Assembly: GCA_016839785.1 (NCBI GenBank)
Contig: JAEOTQ010000177.1
Span: 30,550 to 94,549 of the forward strand
From: Candidatus Hodarchaeota archaeon
GTDB taxonomy: Archaea > Asgardarchaeota > Heimdallarchaeia > Hodarchaeales > Hodarchaeaceae
Direction of reading: 5' to 3'
Length of the DNA stretch: 64,000 nucleotides
The notes under the pieces were generated by a model. That model did not search any database, was not told where the DNA came from, and was given only the letters and a program-made list of their open reading frames with translations. The translations under genes were made by a program, and so were the position numbers. Each line of letters starts with the position of its first letter. The first letter of the stretch is position 1. Below, one piece after another: positions 56,864 through 64,000 of this stretch.

Positions 56864-58666
56864 TTATTTCCCTCCTACGATCTCTGGCAGTGCCTTGAAG
56901 ATCGTCTTATACTGTTCTGAAATTTCAAGCAGCTGTTCATGGGTTCCAGTAGCCGCTATCTCTCCTTTATCAAATAGAATGATGAAATCGGATTCTAATA
57001 ACGTACGTAATCGTTGAGTGACTACGATGGATGTACGGTTCTCCATGAGCTTATCTAGTGCTCTTCGAAGTAAAAGTTCAGTTTTAGAATCGATAGCAGA
57101 TACAGAATCATCAAGTAATAATACTTTAGGATCTGCTAGAATTGCTCTTGCAATCGCAATCCTTTGCCTCTGACCTCCTGAAAGCTTTGACCCACGTTCG
57201 CCTATTTTCGTATCAAACTGTTCAGGTAGTTTATTAATGAAAACCTCTGCTTGAGCGTTTTTCGCTGCATCGTAAATTTCTACATCTGTTGCATTGTCTT
57301 TAGCAAAAGCAATATTCTCCTTCACAGAGGCAGAAAAGAGGAAAACTTCTTGTTCAACCATAGTTACTCCTCTCCTGATTTCTTTAGCTGGAATATCGGT
57401 CATAGGAACACCTCCAAAGGTAATTGTTCCAGAAGAGGGATCATATAATCTTAAAAGCAGTTTTAGGAAAGTAGATTTTCCTGATCCCGGACCACCTATA
57501 ACAGCCACGCGTGATCCTTTTGGAATCGTAATGGAGATATTTTTCAGAGCATATTTCGAATTCTGTCCATATTGAAAATCAATGTGGTCAAAAACAACAT
57601 CGCCATTCCAGTTGGGAAGAACTCCTTCCTGAGCAAGGTCGGGTACTGGATCTTGCCACGTCATTTTTTTCCAAATTCTATCTGCATTGGTTTTTCCTGC
57701 CCTGACGTTCAGAATCGACATAGGTAACATGAAATTCATAAACTGAAGTGACAACAAGATTGAAACTGAAGCTATAAATTGGTTTAATGTGTCAGGATTG
57801 TTAGCGAGATTTATTAAACCTAATCCAAAAATAATAGCCGTTATTGCAACAAGTACAAGAGCTGGCCAAAAAAATGCCGATAAACGCCCTTCTTTGGTAA
57901 CAATGTCGGCATAATTATCACTCCCTGCCACAAAACGTACATTTTCACGATCTTCTTGATTGAAACTTCGGACTACTTCGATTCCACGAAATATTTCCTG
58001 AGTATCACGAGTGACAACTGCTAAGCGTTGGGCGAGTTCTTCACGGATTGGGCCAATTACTGCTGCATATCTAACCACCATGATAAGATAAATAGGAAAT
58101 CCAATAGCTAGAATTAAGAAATAGGTAAAATTAAAACTCAGAAAAAATATCATGGTAAAAATTAAACTTAACAGTGAAGCAGACATCATTCGCATCGAGG
58201 GATTAACTCCCATTCTCATTTGTGAGATTTCATTCATTGCCATTGATAATAAACTACTGCTATCAATCGAATCATGAAAACCCATACTGTGGTTCTGAAT
58301 AGTATCGAAGAATTCTTGACGTGCATCTCGTTCAAAACGGAAAGCTGCGAGGGTCCACGCATAATTAGTGATGAAGGTGAAAAAAAAGTTCAAAATTGCC
58401 GTGCCAATAATAGAAAGGCAGATAAGTATAAAACCTGTACTAAATCCTTCATTTTTCAATACATCGAATGCTACTCCAAGTAAAATACTAGGTGCTAGTG
58501 TTAATAGTGTACTGATTAAAGAAACCCCGAGACTAAGAATAACTAATCCAGGACTTCTCCAAAAAAAGCTCAAATACCAATGAGTGGCCGAACGATACTT
58601 ATTAGTGGGAAGTTGTGCCTCCTCAGGTCTCTGATACTCCATTGATGACGGTTGTGTAACATGCAT
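56864..58666 (-). CDS. ABC exporter, fused permease-ATPase (partner half transporter)
   Basis: Walker A GGPGSGKST, signature LSGGQRQR, Walker B LLLDDSVSAID. It is adjacent to and co-oriented with the second half transporter. Confidence 0.85.
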   Translation of the reverse strand: MHVTQPSSMEYQRPEEAQLPTNKYRSATHWYLSFFWRSPGLVILSLGVSLISTLLTLAPSILLGVAFDVLKNEGFSTGFILICLSIIGTAILNFFFTFITNYAWTLAAFRFERDARQEFFDTIQNHSMGFHDSIDSSSLLSMAMNEISQMRMGVNPSMRMMSASLLSLIFTMIFFLSFNFTYFLILAIGFPIYLIMVVRYAAVIGPIREELAQRLAVVTRDTQEIFRGIEVVRSFNQEDRENVRFVAGSDNYADIVTKEGRLSAFFWPALVLVAITAIIFGLGLINLANNPDTLNQFIASVSILLSLQFMNFMLPMSILNVRAGKTNADRIWKKMTWQDPVPDLAQEGVLPNWNGDVVFDHIDFQYGQNSKYALKNISITIPKGSRVAVIGGPGSGKSTFLKLLLRLYDPSSGTITFGGVPMTDIPAKEIRRGVTMVEQEVFLFSASVKENIAFAKDNATDVEIYDAAKNAQAEVFINKLPEQFDTKIGERGSKLSGGQRQRIAIARAILADPKVLLLDDSVSAIDSKTELLLRRALDKLMENRTSIVVTQRLRTLLESDFIILFDKGEIAATGTHEQLLEISEQYKTIFKALPEIVGGK

Positions 58667-58751
58667 AATAAATCGATCTCATAGACAATGTTTTATTGAT
58701 AAGTTTGGAGCAACAGGAAACCTATATATAGGTTTCCTTCATATATCTTAA

Positions 58752-59354
58752 TTGAAGGTTCTAGTATTGTCAACTCCCGTACAACAAGAAGAGGATGCAC
58801 AGCTATTAGTAGACACGTGGATACATCGGTACAGACGAGGTAGCCTTCGATTCTTTATTTTACATCTTCTTTTACATAAACACACCGATCTTAAAGCTGA
58901 AAGTCAGTCATTTCACGGCTATAAACTTGCCAAGGCAATTCAAGAAGAAACACATGGTGAATGGAGTCCAAAAACTGCTTCAATATATCCTATATTAAAA
59001 GAACTTGTTAAAGAAGAAGTTATTGAGCATACCAGTGAACGAGAAACAGTTTCTGATGAGAGTTCCAGAAGCATTAAGCAATACTGCTTAACTCCTTTTG
59101 GAATGGTTGTAGCAAAAAAACTTGAAGAAAATAGAAAAAATATGGCTAAGCATTTCATTTCGAGACATGGAGATGCACCACGTCCTCTCCCTCCTATGTT
59201 CCGTCTTCCGAAAAAAGAACTATTAGCAATTTTAAAAGAATCAGATGTAGTCCATCTTGAAGATTTTCGACAACACTTGATTAAGATGCAAAAACATAAT
59301 CATGAACTTCTTAATATTATTGACAATCTCCTCAAGGAGAAGAAAACTGAGTAA
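58752..59354 (+). CDS. PadR-family transcriptional regulator (extended)
   Basis: RFFILHLLLHKHT...HGYKLAKAIQEETHGEWSPKTASIYPILKEL matches the PadR wHTH pattern. It is divergent from the ABC exporter pair. Confidence 0.55.
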   Translation: MKVLVLSTPVQQEEDAQLLVDTWIHRYRRGSLRFFILHLLLHKHTDLKAESQSFHGYKLAKAIQEETHGEWSPKTASIYPILKELVKEEVIEHTSERETVSDESSRSIKQYCLTPFGMVVAKKLEENRKNMAKHFISRHGDAPRPLPPMFRLPKKELLAILKESDVVHLEDFRQHLIKMQKHNHELLNIIDNLLKEKKTE

Positions 59355-59644
59355 ACTTACAAATTTTAATTGAAAATAATATATACAATGAAAACCGCTA
59401 TCATAGCGGCTACTATGTCTCTTACTCGGTTCTTGACGAATTGTTTTCTTCTATTGCTTTTAATATCAGAATTTTGGAAGATCTTGCTGACTTTTTTTTG
59501 TTCTAGGTCAACTTCGTACATTTTTCGCAGCATATCTTCGGATCCTGACACTTTCAAATTCAACCTCTACGATGTAAATAATTCTAACTCCTAATCCTAT
59601 TAAATTTTGTGCTCAATAATTATTGTGATAGGCTTTTAACTTAC

Positions 59645-60397
59645 TTACCTGCTGGCTAGACCACCAGCGAGTTCTCCTCCATCTATTACAAACGTTTGTC
59701 CTGTCAGGTATTTTGCGTCATCTGAAGCCAAAAATGCAAATAATCCTGCGACCTCTTCTGGTTTTCCAAGTCTGCCGAGAGGGACTTTACTTTCACATTC
59801 ACGAAGCATTTCGGGTGTGTATTCTGTTTCTTGCATAGGTGTGAGAATATAACCAGGACACACAGCATTTACTCTTATAGCTGGAGCTAATTCCAGAGCT
59901 AAAGATTTTGTCAGCTCTATCACTCCTGCTTTTGATGCATTGTACGAAGCATAAAATGGATATCCCGCAATTCCATTAGTTGAACCCATATTCAGGAGTA
60001 CTCCACCTGAATCTGCTAACATCATTTTTGCTGCAGCTTGCGCAACTAAAAACACACCGGTCAGATTAACACTGAGAACTTCCTCCCATTGGGAGAGGGA
60101 AATATCCAAAAAGGGATTTCTAATACTGATTCCGGCATTATTAACTAAAACATCAAGGCCTCCCATTAAATTTTTCACTTTATCGAAAGCAGAATTGATA
60201 TCAGAAAGGTTCACTACATCTGTCTTTATTATTCCCACAATATCAGGAAAATTTTCTTTTATTTTGCTTAAAGCACTCTCATCACGATCCAAAATGGTAA
60301 CTAAGGAGCCTTCAGATATAAATCGTGAAACTGTTGCTGCTCCTATTCCACTGGCTCCTCCTGTTATAACAACTCGTTTATTTTTCAAACCTTTCAT
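59645..60397 (-). CDS. SDR-family oxidoreductase
   Basis: TGGASGIGAA, NNAG and YASYNASK (YxxxK). Confidence 0.85.
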   Translation of the reverse strand: MKGLKNKRVVITGGASGIGAATVSRFISEGSLVTILDRDESALSKIKENFPDIVGIIKTDVVNLSDINSAFDKVKNLMGGLDVLVNNAGISIRNPFLDISLSQWEEVLSVNLTGVFLVAQAAAKMMLADSGGVLLNMGSTNGIAGYPFYASYNASKAGVIELTKSLALELAPAIRVNAVCPGYILTPMQETEYTPEMLRECESKVPLGRLGKPEEVAGLFAFLASDDAKYLTGQTFVIDGGELAGGLASR

Positions 60398-60584
60398 TAA
60401 TAATCCCTTAAAGATGAAAATTGAATAAACTGTGAATAATGCATTCTTAAAGAAATTATAAGTCTTGAGACTCGGAAGGTGTCATCGATATTTCTGAGAA
60501 AACGAAATAAATGTAAATTATTTATTTTTCTGAATTATAATAACTGTATCTTGATCTAGGAACAGATCTTTTGGGGATCATCAT

Positions 60585-61379
60585 ATGAATAATCAAAAAA
60601 TTAAATCTTCTACTTTTCTTTCTTTAGAAACCAGAGTTGCCGTAATTACTGGGGGAGCTGCTGGTATTGGGCTTTCAACAGCGAAATTATTGGCAAAAAT
60701 GGGGGCTACTATTGCATTATTGGATGTTAATGAAAGTCGTGGGCATGAGGCAATAAAAGAAATTAGAAAAATAGGAGTACAAGCTAAATTCTATCTTTGT
60801 GATGTAACGAAAGATACACAATGCCAAAAAACTGTAGCTGCTATTGTCAACGATTTTGAAAGAATAGACATTTTGTTTAATAATGCTGGAGTCATTGTGA
60901 GGAAAAATGCAGTAGAATTACAGGAAGATGAGTGGGATTTAGTTATCAATGTTAATTTAAAAGCAATATTTTTACTTTCACGCCACGTACTTCCTATTAT
61001 GATCAAACAGGGTAATGGAGGAAGTATTGTAAATACAGGGTCAGGTTGGGGACTTAAAGGGGGGCCGAACGCTGTAGCTTACTGTGCTGCTAAGGGTGGA
61101 GTTGTGAATATGACCAGAGCGATGGCCATTGATCATGGAAAACATGAAATTAGGGTAAATTGTATTTGTCCTGGTGATACTGATACAGAGCTCTTGAGAG
61201 GTGAAGCAGTTCAATTAAATCAAGACATGAAAGAATTCATGGAAGAAGCGGCGGAACGTCCACTAAAAAGAGTTGGTAGACCTCTAGATATTGCACACAC
61301 TGTTCTATATCTTGTTAGCGATCTTTCAAGTTGGATAACTGGAACTACAATTGTTGTTGATGGTGGAGGAATAGCATAA
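60585..61379 (+). CDS. SDR-family oxidoreductase
   Basis: TGGAAGIGLS, NNAG and YCAAK. Confidence 0.85.
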   Translation: MNNQKIKSSTFLSLETRVAVITGGAAGIGLSTAKLLAKMGATIALLDVNESRGHEAIKEIRKIGVQAKFYLCDVTKDTQCQKTVAAIVNDFERIDILFNNAGVIVRKNAVELQEDEWDLVINVNLKAIFLLSRHVLPIMIKQGNGGSIVNTGSGWGLKGGPNAVAYCAAKGGVVNMTRAMAIDHGKHEIRVNCICPGDTDTELLRGEAVQLNQDMKEFMEEAAERPLKRVGRPLDIAHTVLYLVSDLSSWITGTTIVVDGGGIA

Positions 61380-61414
61380 ATTCTGATTGATAAATTTAGA
61401 ATGGAGACACACAA

Positions 61415-62812
61415 ATGAATACCAAAAAAAATCTTGTTCATCCATATATACCAAACTCTGCACCAGAAATTAAAGAAAAAATGATGCGAGAAATTGGGAT
61501 TGATGATATTGAGGAACTTTATAACGATATTCCAGATTTTTTACGATTTAAGGGAAGAATGAATCTTCCTGACCCTTTACTATCGGAAATTGATCTTAAA
61601 AGTCATGCAGAAAGAATATTATCAAAAAATACAACATGTCAAGAATCCATCAGTTTCCTAGGAGGAGGATGTTGGCAACATTATGTCCCTGCAATCTGTG
61701 ATGAAATCAATCAGCGTTCAGAGTTTTTAACTGCTTATGCAGGGGAACCTTACGAAGATCATGGACGATTTCATGCCTTGTTTGAGTATGCAAGTATGAT
61801 GGGAGAATTATTGGAGATGGATGTAGTCAATGTTCCAACTTATGATTGGGGACAAGCAGCAAGTACAGCAATTATGATGGCTACGAGAATTGCAGATCGT
61901 ACGGAGATCCTCGTTTCCGAGAGTATTTCCCCTGATAGATTATTAATAATTCAGAATTACTGCAATCCAACACTAAAAATTAAAACTTTGAAAACTGATT
62001 ATGAAACTGGAAAAATAGATCTTGTAGATCTAGAGGATACCATTTCGAATAAGACTGCAGGAGTATATTTTGAAAATCCTTCCTATTTTGGCTGTATAGA
62101 AGATCAGGGGACAAAAATTTCAACAATCATCCACGATAATGATGCATTATGTATTGTGGGTGCTGATCCAGTATCACTAGGAGTATTGACTCCTCCAAGT
62201 AGTTATGGCGCAGATATTGTTTGTGGAGATATCCAAGGGTTAGGTATTCATATGCAGTATGGTGGAGGACATGCAGGGTTTATAGCTACACATGATGAAG
62301 AAAAATTCGTCATGGAGTATCCATCCCGATTATTTGGAGTTATTCCGACTATTGTTAAGGGAGAATATGGATTTGGTGATGTAACATATGACAGGACTTC
62401 TTTTAGTAAAAGAGAAAAAGGAAAAGAATTTATTGGTACTGCAGCAGCTCTATGGGGAATCACTGCAGGAGTATATTTAGCATTACTAGGTCCCCGAGGT
62501 ATGCAAGACTTAGGGAAGTTAATTTTACAGAAATCTCAATACGCTATGGAGAAAATATCCACTATTGACAAGATTGACATCATTTTCGAGAAAACCCCTC
62601 ACTTCAAAGAATTTGTTGTAGATTTTAATAAAACCCAGAAAAAAGTCTCAGAAATAAATGAACTCCTGGTTAAGAGGAAAATTTTTGGTGGAAAAGATTT
62701 ATCTAAAGAATTTCCTAATCTCAGAGAAAGCGCGTTATTCTGTGTAACAGAGATTCATAAAAAAGATGATATTGACAAATTAGTACTAGGATTAGAGGGG
62801 ATTATTCGTTAA
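61415..62812 (+). CDS. gcvPA: Glycine dehydrogenase (decarboxylating) subunit 1
   Basis: 465 aa. The N-terminal YIPNSAPEIKEKMMREIGI and the overall split P-protein subunit-1 architecture. A subunit-2 gene follows directly. Confidence 0.8.
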   Translation: MNTKKNLVHPYIPNSAPEIKEKMMREIGIDDIEELYNDIPDFLRFKGRMNLPDPLLSEIDLKSHAERILSKNTTCQESISFLGGGCWQHYVPAICDEINQRSEFLTAYAGEPYEDHGRFHALFEYASMMGELLEMDVVNVPTYDWGQAASTAIMMATRIADRTEILVSESISPDRLLIIQNYCNPTLKIKTLKTDYETGKIDLVDLEDTISNKTAGVYFENPSYFGCIEDQGTKISTIIHDNDALCIVGADPVSLGVLTPPSSYGADIVCGDIQGLGIHMQYGGGHAGFIATHDEEKFVMEYPSRLFGVIPTIVKGEYGFGDVTYDRTSFSKREKGKEFIGTAAALWGITAGVYLALLGPRGMQDLGKLILQKSQYAMEKISTIDKIDIIFEKTPHFKEFVVDFNKTQKKVSEINELLVKRKIFGGKDLSKEFPNLRESALFCVTEIHKKDDIDKLVLGLEGIIR

Positions 62813-62827
62813 AGGAAGTGTTGTCGA

Positions 62828-64000
62828 ATGTCACCAGTTAAAAAAATTAAAGTACGAAATTTTCATCAAGCAAAGTGGGATGAACCCATAATCTTTGAAT
62901 TAGGAACAAAAGGAGAACGAGGAATTCTTTTACCTGAAATTGAGGGTGAAATTGAAGCAGCAGTAGGAGATGGCCTTTCAAAAATACCCAAGCATATGAT
63001 CAGAAAACAACCTCCTCGTCTTCCTGAAATTTCCCAAATGCAAATCTTGAAGCACTATCTTAGATTATCTCAGGAGACTCTCGGGGCTGATTTGAATGTT
63101 GACATCGGGCAAGGAACTTGTACAATGAAATATAGCCCTAAAATTAATGAAATATTAGCTACATCACCAAAATTAACAGCCTTACACCCCTCACAACCAA
63201 TCAGCACAGTTCAAGGAATATTAGAAATTTTTCATAAGACGGATTTATTTCTAAGAGAAATTTCTGGATTGGATCAATTTACATTGCAACCAGCAAGTGG
63301 TAGTCAAGCAATATTGACGATGAGCTCTATAATTAAAGCTTATCATGAGGATAATGGCGAAAATAAACAACGTGATGAAATTATAACAACAATTTTTTCC
63401 CATCCGTCAGATGCGGCAGCTCCAGCCGTACAGGGGTACAAGATCATTGATATCTACCCTAATCAAGAGGGATTACCTGATCTAGAGGCGTTAAAGGAAG
63501 CAATTTCGGATCGAACGGCTGGATTGTTCATAACCAATCCTGAAGATACAGGTATCTATAATCCAAAGATTAAAGAATTTACCAGGATGATTCACGAAGT
63601 TGGAGGATTATGTGGTTATGATCAAGCTAATGCCAATGGAATACTAGGGATAGCTAGGGCAAAAGAAGCAGATTTTGATATGTGCTTTTTCAATCTTCAC
63701 AAAACCTTTTCTTCTCCTCATGGATGTGGTGGGCCGTCAGCGGGAGCACTTGGAGTGAAAAAGGAACTTATAAAGTTTTTACCAATACCATTGGTGGGTT
63801 ACAACGGATCAGAATATTATCTTGATTATGATGTTTCTCATACAATAGGAAAAGTAAGGTCATACTATGGAGTCGTCTCAGCTGTTTTAAAAGCCTATTT
63901 ATGGATTATCAGCCTAGGGAAAGAAGGATTAGAAGAGGTATCCAGAATCGCTGTTCTTAACAACAATTATTTATTAAAAAAAGTCCTAGAAATTTCTGGT
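62828..64000 (+). CDS. gcvPB: Glycine dehydrogenase (decarboxylating) subunit 2 (N-terminal part; continues beyond the window)
   Basis: N-terminal IIFELGTKGERGILLPEIEG and a PLP-fold region resembling the P-protein C-terminal half. The 1173 nt stay in frame to the window end. Confidence 0.8.
   Translation, partial: MSPVKKIKVRNFHQAKWDEPIIFELGTKGERGILLPEIEGEIEAAVGDGLSKIPKHMIRKQPPRLPEISQMQILKHYLRLSQETLGADLNVDIGQGTCTMKYSPKINEILATSPKLTALHPSQPISTVQGILEIFHKTDLFLREISGLDQFTLQPASGSQAILTMSSIIKAYHEDNGENKQRDEIITTIFSHPSDAAAPAVQGYKIIDIYPNQEGLPDLEALKEAISDRTAGLFITNPEDTGIYNPKIKEFTRMIHEVGGLCGYDQANANGILGIARAKEADFDMCFFNLHKTFSSPHGCGGPSAGALGVKKELIKFLPIPLVGYNGSEYYLDYDVSHTIGKVRSYYGVVSAVLKAYLWIISLGKEGLEEVSRIAVLNNNYLLKKVLEISG

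Noticed and set aside
1-64000. Prophage, integrative element or transposon
   Set aside because: No integrase, transposase, terminase, capsid or tRNA attachment site was recognised. The only duplication (41.4 vs 45.8 kb) is diverged paralogous gene sequence, not IS ends.

Overview
AT-rich (~30-32% GC), gene-dense window that looks archaeal and most likely comes from an Asgard (Lokiarchaeia-like) archaeon. The evidence is an archaeal GGGP synthase, an archaeal-type LeuC/LeuD pair, a Rab/Ras-like small GTPase, Roadblock/LC7 domain proteins, and in-frame N-glycosylation sequon repeats in a surface protein. I found no rRNA, tRNA, CRISPR array, integrase or transposase. Content from left to right: (1) a minus-strand chemotaxis cluster (CheA, CheY, a 750-aa multi-CheW protein, CheW, a possible CheC-like protein, CheB), with one MCP far away at ~35.5 kb; (2) housekeeping genes (LeuCD-like dehydratase, GGGP synthase, PHP, DHH, MazG, a Sun-family RNA methyltransferase); (3) a MacB/FtsX-type ABC transporter; (4) a cluster of ArsR-GyrI regulator, C_GCAxxG_C_C protein, O-methyltransferase and radical SAM enzyme; (5) a Rab-like GTPase flanked by long non-coding DNA; (6) a threonine dehydratase plus an orphan HgdC-type activase, next to a Roadblock protein and a 653-aa protein with two N-terminal Roadblock-like domains; (7) a 1407-aa FtsX-like membrane protein containing a 15-bp coding tandem repeat; (8) the most interesting locus: a corrinoid protein immediately followed by a monomethylamine-methyltransferase (MtmB) homolog with no in-frame UAG, i.e. 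without pyrrolysine; (9) a ~480-bp ancient segmental duplication ('protein C-terminal module + conserved leader + EamA transporter 5' end'), whose first copy carries a truncated EamA pseudogene; (10) a glycosylated surface protein, EamA and CPA transporters, an FGGY kinase, an orphan beta-class DNA methyltransferase with a long N-terminal extension, a heterodimeric ABC exporter with a divergent PadR regulator, two SDRs, and glycine-cleavage P-protein subunits 1 and 2 (the latter cut by the window end). Every functional call is from motifs I could read in the translations. No database search was possible.
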